NCBI RefSeq assembly: GCF_009914755.1
Contig: NC_060928.1
Length of the DNA: 64,000 bases
DNA from: the human T2T-CHM13v2.0 reference genome, Homo sapiens
Direction: 5' to 3' (one strand)
In this document: piece by piece, positions 11,732-24,864 of the stretch
Layout: each line of letters opens with the position of its first letter
How positions within the stretch are numbered: the stretch's first letter is position 1
Translations under genes and position numbers: made by a program
Notes under the pieces: generated by a model
The model's database searches: none
Told to the model about the DNA's origin: nothing
The model's input: only the letters and a program-made list of their open reading frames with translations

Positions 11732-13887
11732 TGTATTAGTCCATTTTCATACTGCTATGAAGAAATACCCAAGACTGGGTAATTTATAAAGGAAAGAGGA
11801 TTAATGGACTCACAGTTCCACATGGCTAGGGAGGCCTCACAATCATGGCAGAAGGCAAAGGAGGAGCAAAGGCACATCTTACATGGTGGCAGGCAAGAGA
11901 ATGTGTGCAGGGGAGATGCCCTTTATAAAACCACTAGCTCTCATGAGACTTATTTACTATCATGAGAACACCATGGGAAAGAAACCTGTTCCTATGATTC
12001 AATTACCTCCCACTGGGCACTTCCCATGACATGTGGGGATTATGGGAGCTACAATTCAAGATGAGATTAGAATGAGGATACAGCCAAACCATATCATTCT
12101 GCTCCCAGCCCCTCTCAAGTCTCATACTCTCACATTTCAAAACCAATCATGCCTTCCCAACAGTCCCCCAAAGTCTTAACTCACTCTGGCAATAACTCAA
12201 AAGTCCAAGTCCAAGTTCTCATCTGAGAAAAGGCAAGTCCATAATCCAGTAGGGCAGTCTTTAGCCTTAAATTTCTAAAATTATCTCCTTGGACACTATG
12301 TCTCATGTACAAGTCATGCTGATGCAAGAGGTGAAAAATGAGGATAGATAATAATTATCTGAATATAAGTACCATATTGAGCATGGTTCCCACAGTCTAG
12401 AGCAGCTTCACCCCTATGGCTTTGCAGGGTACAGACCTTCTTCCAGCTGCTTTCACAGGCTGTTGTTGAGTGTCTGTAGCTTTTCCAGATGCACAGTGCA
12501 AGCTGTCAGTTGATCTACCATTCTGTGGTCTGAGGGACAGTGGCCCTCTTCTCACAGCTGAACTAGGCAGTGATCCAGTAGGGACTCTGTGTGGTGGCTT
12601 CAACCCCACATTTCTATTCTGCACTGCCCTAGCAGAGGTTCTCCATGATGGTTCCACCCCTGCAGCACACCTCTGCTTGGACATACAGGCATTTCTATAC
12701 ATCCTCTGAAATCTAGGTGAATGTTCTGAAAACTCAACTCTTGACTTCTGTACACCTACAGGCTCAACACAATGTGGAGCTGCCAAAGCTTGGGGCTTAC
12801 ACCCTCTGAAGCCATGGCCAGGGCTGTTTCTTGGCCCCTTTTAGCCACAGCTGGAGTGACTGGGATGCAGGGCACATGGCAAGGGCAGCCCTGGACCTGG
12901 CCCAGGAAACCATTTTTCCCTCCTAGGCCTTTGGGTCTGTGATGAGACGGGCTGCCGTGAAGGTCTCTGACATGCCCTGGAGACATTTTCCCCATTGTCT
13001 TGGTGATTAGCATTTGATTCCTCGTTACTTATACAAATTTCTGCTGTGGGATTGAATTTCTCCCCAGAAAACAGGTTTTTCTTTTCTACTACATTGTCAG
13101 GCTACAGCTTTTTCAAACTTTTATGCTTTGCTTTCTCTTGAACACTTTGCTGCTTAGAAATTTATTCTACCAGATATCCTAAATCATCTCTCTGAAGTTC
13201 AAATTTCCACAGATCTCTAGGGCAGGGACAAAATGCCGGCAGTCTCTTTGCATAGCAAGAGTGACATTTACTCCAGTTCTGAACAAGTTCCTCATCTCCA
13301 TCTGAAACCACCTCAGCCTGGACTTTATCATCCATATCACTATCAGCATTTTGGTCCAAGCATTCAACAAGTCTTTAGGAAGTTTCAAACTTTCCCAAAT
13401 TTTCCTATCTTCTTCTGAGCCCTCCAAACTGCCCTAACCTATGCCTGTCACCCAGTTCCAAAGTTGCTTCCACATTTTGGGGTATCTTTACAGCAGCACC
13501 CCCACTTTACTGGTACCAATTTGCTGTGTTAGTCCATTTTCATATTGCTATGAAGAAATATCTGAGACTTGGTAATCTGGAAAGGAAAGAGGCTTAATTG
13601 ACTCCCAGTTCCACATGGCTGGAGAGGCCTCACAATCATGGTGTGAAGCAAAGGAGAAGCAAAGGCACATCTGGCATGGTGTCAGGCAAGACAGCATGTG
13701 TAGGGGAACTCCCCTTAATAAAACTATCAGACCTCATAAGACTTATTCAGTATTATGAGAATAGTAGGGGAAAAACCCACCTCCATGATTCAACTACCTC
13801 CGACTGGGTCTCTCCTAAGACATGTGGGGATTATGAGAGCTATGGTTCAAGATGAGCTTAGGATGGGGACACAGCCAAACCATATCA
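11732..13887 (-). mobile_element. Two-LTR THE1 (THE1C-like) ERVL-MaLR element; LTRs 11732-12096 and 13525-13887
   Basis: LTR termini TGTATTAGTCC...CCAAACCATATCA, THE1-int sequence between them, exact 5-bp TSD CTTCA (11727-11731 and 13888-13892). Confidence 0.95.
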
Positions 13888-14259
13888 CTTCATTTCTGTA
13901 GTATATAAACTGTTGTCCTTGTGAGAATCTCAATTTTCATTTAAAGTATGTTTTTTATGCCATTATTATTTTTACTTTTATATCTATATGTTTATATGGA
14001 TATTTTGTTTTTGGTTTAGACAGATACAGAAAAAAATCATCTCTATATATCAGATCTCATTTAAAATAAAAATCTCTCAATTTGCCAGATTAACTAACTA
14101 CATTCACCATTCTCCCAGTAAACCATACTGGCTCATGCCATCTGTATGCTTGTAGTTATCAATTACTCTCCTATCTGACAGATCACTTATACTTTAACCA
14201 GTTCATTGTATCTTAACAAGGCACTTGTGATTATGCAAATATTAGTTTTTTCTTTTTAT

Positions 14260-14730
14260 ACAGAAATCACTCAGTTTACTTAAATGTTATATCAACCAAT
14301 AAAATAAGTGCAAATAATAAATTTATTTCCTCAAAACCTAAGTTGAATGCTTTGAAAAGACTTGGTAACAGCTAGTTGCTAAAAAAAATGAAGATAAATT
14401 AAATATGGACGAGGCAATATAAAGGGTTAGAAAGAACATCATAAAATTATAAGAGGATTCTAAACTCAGATTACTTTGGAAATTTCTGGACATCTTTTTC
14501 CCTCTTAAAAAACAGTGAAAATTATAGTTGATGTTTTATAAGTATGAAAACAAAAGCAAAAAGCAAGACAAAATAATAGCTGTACTCAATGAACCTGTTT
14601 AGAAAAAATATCTTGTGTCTACATGAAGATTGTCAGATGAATAAATATATATATATGTTAGGTTGACATAAAATGTTTAAGTTTGTGTACATATATTTTA
14701 TACTTCTATGGTTTTAATCAACCTTTTAAA
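14260..14730 (+). mobile_element. Ancient Tigger-type DNA transposon remnant (Tigger15a-like)
   Basis: Degenerate CTAAGTTGAATGCTTTGAAAAGACT...GGATTCTAAACTCAGATT resembles a Tigger transposase 5' end from memory. Confidence 0.5.
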
Positions 14731-15379
14731 TTAGGGAATGAAATACATATAAGAGAAATAATGGGCATTTAATACCTTTACATTGTACTTGATCTTAGAG
14801 AAGACATGCATTTTGTTACTTTTGTATTTTATTTTCTGAATGATAATAGTCATCAAAATGATGAAAGTCAAAAAATGGAATAATGAAAGAATGACTTGAT
14901 CAATCATCAGATTGCATATATCCAAGGCACATTTTTACTAAATTTTCAAGGCATATATTGTTCTCTTTTTAAAAAGATTGGATTAGTGAGTAGAACAAAG
15001 AAAATAAAAGCTAGATTAAATTTCTTGTCTTTCTTTTGAAATTATAAACATTTATCAAGGTAGAAATATTGTATGAGAATTAGAAACTCTGTATTGATAT
15101 TAAAAACTTGTTTGTGCTTGTAAAATTTATTCACTCACATATGAAAGACACTCCTCAGAATACCAAATTAACCACATTCAAAACCCTAAAGATATAAAGG
15201 CAAAAAAAAAAAAAAACCATATTGGAGAGGCTCTTTAAGGGGTGGAAAATAGAGTAAGATAGGAGCATGGCTCATATGGTAACATACAACTCTCTAGAAT
15301 ATATTTTAACACTCAGAAGTTTTTAAATACAATTTTTGCTTTTCAGTAAATAATGCATTGTATTTAGTTTTTATGTCTC

Positions 15380-17800
15380 TTTAAGTCAGGAAAGCTTCCC
15401 AAGCTTTCCTGATCTTAAAGTTTTGATCAGGTGTTTTTTAGAATACTTCAAACTAGTCTGATATTTTTCTCATGATTAGAATGTGGTTATCAGATTTTGT
15501 GAGGAAGACCACAGAGATAAAGTGTCATTCTCATCACATCACAAAAGGGTATATACTATCATCATGATTTATCACTGTTGATGTTAACCTATATCACCTG
15601 TAGGTAGTGTTTCTTAGATTTCTCCATTGTAAAGTTATATCACTCCCCTTCTTTACAAACTGTACTTTTTGGAAGAAAGCTACTATGTACAGCCCAGCTT
15701 GAAATGTGCAGTCTTCCTTCACTTCCTTCAGGGTGAAGTATCTGCACAGATTTGTCTCTTCTTCCATTATGATTTATATATTTAAACACTTATTTTAGAC
15801 ATTGTGTTATAATCCAATACTACTTTATTAACTTTGTTCAAATTGTTTCAGTTTTAGACATTGGTTTTTTTTTCCGTTGGCTCATATATCTTTTTACATA
15901 CCCCTGTCCCTCCCTCCTCCCTCCCTCCCCTCCTCCCTTCCTCCTTTCCTCCTTTTTCTTATCTCTTTCTTTCTTTCTCTTTTTCTTTCTTTCTTTCTTT
16001 ATTTCTTTTTTCTTTCTTTCTTTCTTTTTCTTTCTTTCTTTCTTTCTTTCCTTTTCCTTTTCTTTCTTTCTTTTTTCTTTCTTTCTCTTCTTTCTTTCTT
16101 CTTTTCTTCTTTCTTTCTGTCTTTCTCTCTCTCTTTCTTCTCTTTTTCTTCTTTTTTGAGCATTTGATTGCTTTCTGGCACTACAAGATGCTATAGACTC
16201 ATCCTGTATATTTCTTCACCCACTTCCAAAATCAGCCATTTCTTTAAAGAAATGGTTCCTTTTATTTGTAAATGGTTTTAGAAACTAAGGTCTTGGCTCT
16301 AGATGTGCTCAATGTTCCTGTGATGCTGCTGCTTCTAGACTCTCTCAGCTGACAGAGGAAGGAAATATATATGCATACAGTAACTTGTGTACATATACAT
16401 ATCTATACATATTTACAAATTTATCCAAATGTATCTATATTCAGTCAACATAAATTCATAAAAATGTCTTTAACTCTAGCCTATTACCACAAGAATCATT
16501 TTACTCCTCTCCTCTTGGTTTCCTGTAACCACCCCTCACCCTCAGTGAGAAGCCACCATCCATTTCATCCATTTGCTTAACTTGCAGTAACATGTCTAGT
16601 GGAAATAACTCATCAGTTAGAGTATAGTGTACCTGTAGTTTCTTTTGTCTTTAGTCCTCTAGTCTCTGTTCATCTCCAAGGTCAGTACCTTTTTCTCACA
16701 TCCATTTCAGTGTTTCATAAATTTCTATTGCAGTTAGATTCTCTTTTACAGTCTGCATTCCATTCTGGTATTCCCTAATACCTTAAATGGTTTTAAAAAA
16801 TGTTTTATACATTAAAATTTACTCTTAGTGTTGTGAAGTTCCATGGGTCTTGACAAATGCATAGTGTCATATATTCACCATTTTTATAGCATATAGAATA
16901 GCTTTATTGCTCTAGATAATTTTTCATTTATTCGCTTCTCCCAAAGCACCTGGTAACCATTGATTTACAAACCATGTCTATAATTCTGCTTTTTCCAAAA
17001 TGTCATATAACCATACAGTTTTTAGTCTTTTCAGAATGACTTCTTTCACATTGCAATATGGGTTTAAGGTACATCATGTCTTTGTGTGGATTTTATACAT
17101 ACATTTTTATGTAAATACAGTAGTAAATGTGTTTTCCCCAACTTTTTTTCTTGGTTAAAAATCTATATTAGGGACTATTTCATGTCTCTAACACATGAAC
17201 ACTTCATTTTTGAAGCTATGGTATAGCATTCCAGAGAACAGATAATCTACTTTATTTAAGTATCACCTTATTGATGTTTCCAATTTTTTGTTATTACAAA
17301 TAGGTCTTCACTAAGTTACTGCATACCATTGAATTTGTATATGTGTACAATTATTTTATAGAATATATGGCATGAAACATTGATTGATTGGAGGTTATGT
17401 ATGTTGTTAATTTTATTCAAATTTTTATTTTGAAATAATTGTAGTTTTACAGATGTTTTACAATGGTTATACAGGGTTTCTTCATTACCTGTCCCCTAGC
17501 TTCTTCAGTGTTAGCATCTTCCATTAACCATGGTTGTGTAGTTAATATTTGATGTATAATACATTTTTCCTCCAAGGAAGCTATACAAATTTACAATATT
17601 TCCAATACTATATAAGAATGACTCTTTTTCTGCAGTCTTTTTAAGAGTGGATATTACTTTTAAATTTTGTCAAGTTTATGTGTAAGTACATTTTGTTATT
17701 TAAGTAGCATTTTCCTGATTTTTTGTGAAGATAAATATCTTTTTATATAATTGTTGGCAATTTTTATAATACTTTCATGAATTTTCTGTTCATTTTACTT
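15380..17800 (-). mobile_element. Old L1MC/MD/ME 3'-end fragments
   Basis: GGAAGACCACAGAGATAAAGTGTCATTCTCATCACATC; TTTCTGGCACTACAAGATGC; TTTTATTTTGAAATAATTGTAG. Confidence 0.65.
15901..16158. repeat. Polypyrimidine simple repeat, (CCT/CCCT)n followed by (TTTC)n
   Basis: About 258 bp almost purely C/T. Confidence 0.95.
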
Positions 17801-17839
17801 GATCATTTGTAACATATATTTCTCTTTATGTTTTATCAG

Positions 17840-18290
17840 CCTCACCTGCCTCCAACATGCTCAACTATTAGACACAAGCAAGTCTATGAATATTTCCAAT
17901 GTTCTATTTCCTGAGGCACACCTGCACTCAGAGTCTCCATATTTTCCCATCATTTCTATGGTGCCTTGAATGAGGCACCATAATAGAGGGAGAGGAACTG
18001 GCTTCCCAAAGAGGCCAATACACTCAACTAATAGGGGCAAATATTTAACTCCCTATTAGAGGAATCTTGACAAATAGGGCAGAGGAAGCAGGAAGGAACA
18101 GGCAGGTAAATTTATTTTTCCTTTTACTGGCCAGATGAACTTGGTTTTTGAATTGCTTGTCCCTGATTTTATTCTCTTCTCCCTGCCTTCTTTCTCTCAG
18201 TCTTTCTGCCTTGAGATTGCATCTTCCAGTAAACCATTGCCACATGAGACTGACTCTATCTCTGTTTTCTAGGCGGTTTGGGTTAAGATA
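17840..18290 (+). mobile_element. Ancient ERVL-type solo LTR remnant
   Basis: 3' end ...CAGTAAACC...CTCTGTTTTCTAGG...GGGTTAAGATA resembles LTR16/LTR33-class termini. Confidence 0.45.
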
Positions 18291-19022
18291 CCATTTTCCT
18301 CTAGGGCAGTGTTCTTCTTTGTTAATTTGTAATATACCATCATATATAATGTCAATTAATTCCTTTTTTATTTGTGCTAAATAATTCTGCCAGTTTACAT
18401 TTGTCTATGAAATTTATTGTACAGTGCTTCTCACTGTATAAAAGACATATATTTTTAGATGTTTTGTTTTGTTACTCTTTTCATTTATGGCTCCTAGATA
18501 TTCTTATGTTACTTAGGAAGGCTTTCTGTATTCCAGGATTATTTTTAAATTTCTACTGTGGCATCATATTTTAACTTTAATTCATTTAAAATGATGATGG
18601 GAGGCAGAAATTGATTTAGACTTCAAAAGTGATCCTCTAATTTACTTTATCCCCAATCCTTTTTGCTCAGCACTAAAAAGTCTCTGTTAAAACGTGTGTG
18701 AAAAAATCATAAAAGCTACACACAACTATCAAAAAAGAACACTTTGCCTTTGTCCTAACATGACAAACCGAAGAACATAACTTAGATATACGTTGGGCAG
18801 GGTGGGGGAAAGGGGAAGCAAAAAAAAAATCTGTTGAACTTCTATTTCTGAAAATGTATTTTCTTCCTTAATTCCTAATTATAATATTAAGCAATATCTT
18901 GCTGACCTACACTTATACAAAATTATCAATATACATTTGGCAGAGAGGCAAGGTTAACTCAAGACCACAAAAATTCACCTGCCACTTTTGTGTCAAATAG
19001 AAAAAAAAATAAAGTTGTCCCC

Positions 19023-21311
19023 TGAAATGGTTTGGCTGTGCTCCTACTTAAATCTCATCTTGAATTCCCACATGTTGTGAGAGGGACCTGGTGGGAGGTA
19101 ATTGAATCATGGGATCAGGTCTTTCCCATGCTGTTCTCCTGATAGTGAATAATTCTCATGAGATCCGATGGCCTTATAAGGCAGAGTTTCCCTGCACAAG
19201 CCCTCTGTCTCTTTGCCTGCTTCCATCCATGTAAGACATGACTTGTTCCTCCTTGCCTTCTGCCATGAATGTAAGGTTTCCCAGCCATATGGAACTATAA
19301 GTTCATTAAACCTATTTTTCTTCCCAGTCTTGGATATGTCTTTATCAGCCAGCAGCATGAAAATGGACTAATAGATTAAATTGGTACCAGTAGAGTGGGT
19401 TGCTGCTGAAACAATACCCAAAAACATGAAAAAGACTTTGCAACTGGGTAACATGCTGAGGTTGGAACTGTTTGAAGGGCTCAGAAGAAGATAACAAACT
19501 GAGGGAGAGTTTGGAACTCCCTAGAGGCTTGTTGAATGGCTTTGACCAAAGTGCTGATAATGATATGGACATTGAAATCCAGGTTGAGATGGTCTCAGAT
19601 GGAGATGAGGAACTTGTTGGGAACTGGAGCAAAGGTGACTCTTGTTATGTTTTAGCAAAGAGACTGGTGGCATTTTGCCCTATCCTAGAAATTTGCAGAA
19701 CTTTGAACTTGAGAGAGATGATTTAGGGTATCTGGCAGAAGAAATTTCTAAGCAGCAAAGCATTCAAGAAGTGACTTAGGTGCTTTTAAAAGCATTCAGT
19801 TTTGTAAGGGAAGCAGAGCATAAAAGTTTGGAAAATTTGCAGCCTGGCAATGCAATAGAAAAGAAAATTCCATTTTCTGAGGAGAAATTCAAGTGAGCTG
19901 TGGAAATTAGCATACATAATGAGTTGCCGAACATTAATCCCCAAGACAATGGCAAAAATGTCTCCAGGACATGTCAGAGTTCTTCACAGCAGCCTCTCCC
20001 ATCACAGGCCCAGAGGCCTAGCAGGAAAAAGTGGTTTCCTGGGCCAGGCCCAGGGTGCCCATTGCTGTGTGCAGCCTAGGGACTTGGTGCCCTGCATTCC
20101 AGCTGCTCCAGCTGTGGCTGAAAGGGGCCAACATAGAGCTTGGGCTGTGGCTTTAGAAGATGCAAGTCTCAAGCCTTGGCAGCTTCCACATGGCGTTGAG
20201 CCTGTGGGTGCACAGAAGTCAAGAATTGAGGTTTGGGAACCTCTACCTAGATTTCAGAGGATGTATGGAAATGCCTGGATGTCCAGGCAGAAGTTTGCTG
20301 CAGAGGTAGGGCTCTCATGGAGAACCTCTGCTAGGGCAGTGTGGAAGGGAAATGTGGGGTGGGAGCCTCCACACAGAGTCCCTACTGGGGCACCACCTAG
20401 GGTTCCTGTGAGAAGAGAGCCATCATCTTCCAGACCCCAGAATGGTAGATGCACTGACAGCTTTCACTGTGCTCCTGGAAGAGCCATAGAAAATACAAGC
20501 CATTGGAAACAGCTGGGAGGGAGGCTCTACCCTGCAAAGCCACAGGGGTGGAGCTCAAGACTATGGGAATCCACATCTTCCTTCAGTGTGACCTGGATGT
20601 GAGACATGGAGTCAAAGGAGATCATTTTGGAGCTTTAACATTTGACTGTCTCACTGGATTTCAGACTTGCATGAGGCCTGTGGCCCCTTTGTTTTGGCCA
20701 ATATCTCCCATTTTCAATGGATGTATTTACCCAATGCCTATACCTATATTGTATCTAGAAAGTAACTAACTTGCTTTGGATTTTACAGGCTCCCAGGCAA
20801 AAGGGACTTGTCTTGTCTTGGATGAGACTTTGGACTTTTGAGTTAATGCTGAAATGAGTTAAGAATTTGGGGACTGTTGGGAAGGCGTGATTGGTTTTGA
20901 AATGTGAGGACATGAGACTTGGGAGGGGCCAACAATGGAATGATATGGTTTGGCTGTATCCCTACCCAAATCTTATCTTAAATTCCCACATGTTGTGGGA
21001 GAGACCTGGTTGGAGGTAAGTGAATCATGGGGGGGGGCAGGTCTTTCCCTTGGTGTTCTCATGATAGTGAATAAGTCTCATGAGATCTGATGGCTCATGA
21101 GAACTGATGGCTTTATAATGTGGAGTTTCCCTGCACAAGCCCTCCCTGTCTTTGTCTGCTGCCATCCATGTAAGATGTGACTTGTTCCTCCTTGCCTTCT
21201 TCCATGATTGTGAGGCTTTCCCAGCCACATGGAACTGTAAGTCCATTAAACCTATTTTCCTTCCCAATCTTGGGTATGTCTTTATGAGCAGTTTGAAAAT
21301 GGACTAATACA
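19023..21311 (+). mobile_element. Full-length THE1 (THE1A/B-like) element; LTRs 19023-19375 and 20941-21311
   Basis: TGA(T/A)ATGGTTTGGCTGT...GGACTAATACA termini, about 1.57-kb internal region, exact TSD TCCCC (19018-19022 and 21312-21316). Confidence 0.95.
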
Positions 21312-22192
21312 TCCCCTCTGAATAGAATCAGCTCTGTAGGTAGGCAGCTTGGCAAGCTTTCATCATCATTGCTCATGTTAGAACAGGGCTTCACTTCGTG
21401 GCCAAGACAGCCCCACCTCAAACACGGAGCATGGAGATCAGAGCTACGCAGCATTTCTATGCATACCAGCCTCCTTAGCCACGTGCATTAGCACAGAAAG
21501 CAACTTGTTCAGACCTAATAGGGGCTCTGTTTTAAGGCAAAGTTCTCTGTGCCCTCTTCCTCAAATAGGTATGGCAGGAATTATTTACTCCTTGAAGAAA
21601 AATGTAAGATAATTTGAGAACATTCAGAAAAGAAAAGAGGAGGAAAAAGACATGCGTATCAAAATTCTGAGGTCTTTTTCTGAGACCCTAAACTCCCTGG
21701 AGTCTCCTCAAAGGTTAGAGGGGCTTTCCTCAGGTGGACTCATCTCCTTGTTATCTTGTACTGAAGGTTAAATGCAGCACCCACTCCCTTTTCAATTCAT
21801 GTGAGCATCCTTATTCCCTATGGTCTTTTATTATCACCCACAGGAGAGTGATATGGGACATTCCATTTTTGTTGAATTTTAATATTCAAAATACCTATAG
21901 AAATTAATGTACTTGCTTTTAAGGACAAAGTATGTGGTATTCTACCACATACTAGTAAAGTATCATTTTCATGTCCTTATTTCATTTACTTTATTGGTTT
22001 TCTAATTTTATACTCAATTCCTAACTCCATTCCTATCTTCTCCCATCCGACTTCCATCATTTTATTTACACAAATGTATATCTGAAAATATATCTTGCTG
22101 GATTTATGTTGTAAATATTATTGCCTATATTACTTTTGCATTCAACATAATGTTTTTGAGCTCAATTAATTTGATTATATGTGAATCTAGTT

Positions 22193-22549
22193 CATTGTTT
22201 AAAAATGATACAGAGACAAATGTATATACATATATAATACATATCATTTGTGTATGACACAACCTTGCCAGTGAATAGTACTTTTACTTATCTGTTCTTT
22301 CAGTATTGGATTTCCTGTGTGTTTGTTTCTACCCTGAGGAATATACTAATTCCCTGTAGTTTTCATCTCTTTATAGTCCATTGTTTAAAAATGATACAGA
22401 GACAAATTTATATATATATAATTTGTATATGAAACAATTTTGCCAGTGCGTAGTACTTTTAATTATCTATTCTTTCAGTATTGGATTTCCTGTGTGTTTC
22501 TACCCTGAGGAGTATACTAATTCCCTGTAGTTTTAATCTCCTTATAGCC
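22193..22549. repeat. Two-copy tandem duplication (about 186 and 171 bp)
   Basis: CATTGTTTAAAAATGATACAGAGACAAAT...TTCCCTGTAGTTTT repeated at 22193 and 22379. Confidence 0.92.
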
Positions 22550-24864
22550 CTTCCTCTCCTGGGATGCCCTTTCTTAGCATGGTTAGATTTTTTTTTTACT
22601 CCAGAGATATTACTTCCTGAACTGAGAAATCACAACTATGCAGACATCCCTTGGGGATGTATGCATGAGGAAGAGAGAAAGCACACACTCTCCATAATAA
22701 ACCATTCCCACCCAAAATCTGTGCCGTTAGAAGCCATTTTTGAATCCACTTTTAAAGTATTCATAACTAGATGCCAAATCCTCTATATAAACTTTCAAAT
22801 CCTTTAACCCCTGAAGTATTCATTTCTAGTTCTTTCAATAATACTGCCAGAATAACCCTTATGCCACTGAATCAACTCCATTTCATCATGTTATGTTTCT
22901 CCCTAAGAGACTGGCCACCCTTTTGTTTCAGGTCTATCACCCTTTCTGATAGTTCATTGCTGCATTTCAGCAGCTTACCATGGCAAATAGTAATACTGTT
23001 TTTTTCTGTCTTTACTGATGACAGTCATTCAGCCTGAATAATTATATTTCCTTTAATATATTTTTCTTAAGCTAAGGTAGTGGGAGTCATTACTGGCTGT
23101 TGTCCCATACACACCCACTGTGGACATCCAGCTTTAAATGCAGGTGTACTGCAATTGTATTACCTCAACAGCTGGCATGTTTTAGGTAACATTAGGCACT
23201 AAGATCTACTCTGTGCATTCCTTAAATATGACAATTGTGTGATGATAATGAAATCATGGACTCAAGTCACTGAAGAGAAAGTTTTGTAATATAAAATGCA
23301 TTTTAAACTTTAAAGACTTCTGCATTTCTAACTTTAGAATCCACAAGGAAATATTCTTGTAAATTTTTAAAGGAGATGAATATTCTTAAATGGAGATGAA
23401 GGATATTCTTAAAGGGAGGTGAAGATGTAAAAAATCCTACCTATTCAGTTTTCCAGTTAAGCATCAGAATAGGAGAACAGAAGATAAGGGATATACAAAA
23501 TCAACAAGTAATTTAGCTCTTTCACCAGTTTCCATGGCAACTCTACTATATAAAACTAAGAAGAAAATGCATTCAAAAAACTCAGGCTTTGCTTTGGCCT
23601 TGATCATTGACATTTTCAACATTACTGTCTTCAATACAATGTGTAAAGCAATCAAATACATATACTGGATATAATTTTGACATTGCATACAAAGAATTTT
23701 ATGAACTTTAATATGTTATAGTTGGTGTGTAGTGGGAGGGAAAAAAACAGAGTTTCTTTTTAAAACTCAAATTAAAAAATTATGAACCTTGTCTATTTGA
23801 CAATGACTGAAATGAATTAGTTAATACATTCCCAGTTTAAAAGGGATTTACACAGGCTGAGTCTGTTTCCTCTGTTCTCAGACAAAATGTTTTTCATGCC
23901 ATTCCCCTGGAATTTCTGTGCTGACTGAGTCACTTAAGATGAATGACTTGTCCAGGTTGTCCCAATACAGTCAATGTCAGCCTTAAAAGCCTTCTGAATG
24001 GATCTTCTGAGACTTTGATCTTTGAAACTAAAGATGCACTTTGAGTTGTGGAGTCCTTGTGGCTCTGAAAGGAATGGTAATCCTGTGACACTTAGGACTT
24101 GATTCTCAGACGGCAGAACCCTAATGCACACACATGAACACATACATCTCGTTCCTTTGTCACAGAAATGTCCACAGTTCTACTGTATAATTCCATCTGA
24201 GAACAGTTTCTTCAAATGGTGTTTTCCTGCCAAGTGTGTTTTAGCAGGTTATATTTTTGACTGATTTCTGGGATCTTAATCCAGACCCCTGATAACATTT
24301 GAAATGTTTAAATGGGAACCTTCTATATAGAATCATAGGATTTGATATTTTAAAAATGTTAATCTTTCTCACATGTTCTTATTACTTATTAAATTTGACT
24401 TTATCTTTCCATTTGAATTTATTCTCAATAATTATTTAATAATTCTCGAAAAATGTGGTTGAACGCATTTATTGCCAGGCCCTAAAGAGGGGATTGTAGC
24501 TAACATAGGTTCCCTACCACTACTAATTGACTTATGTTCAGGGTTCTGGAAAAAAAACACAATTTATATCAACGATGCTAGAAAAAGCTTCTGGGAACTG
24601 TACCCTACTGAAACAAATATATATGCTCTGTGAAGAAAATTAACTGACTCTAACATGGGGGTAATAATTGCATTTCCTAAAATATCAGTAATACTTATGA
24701 CACAATCTATACAAAGACTGCATTTCAGAAGAACCAAATATGTATCTTTTAATATATACATATGTATGATAAATTGTATTTGGGTTCCTCATCCATGAAT
24801 ATGGGTTTATCTACAAACGGTTTAGGTTTTATCCGTACTTACATATTTAAAGATTATATTACTT

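Noticed and set aside
15861-16196. F/S/L-rich and K/E/R-rich ORFs resembling membrane or basic proteins
   Set aside because: Translations of the (TTTC)n simple repeat
23367-23427. Three imperfect copies of about 21 bp (AAAGGAGATGAA..TATTCTT)
   Set aside because: Ordinary short slippage repeat with no further structure
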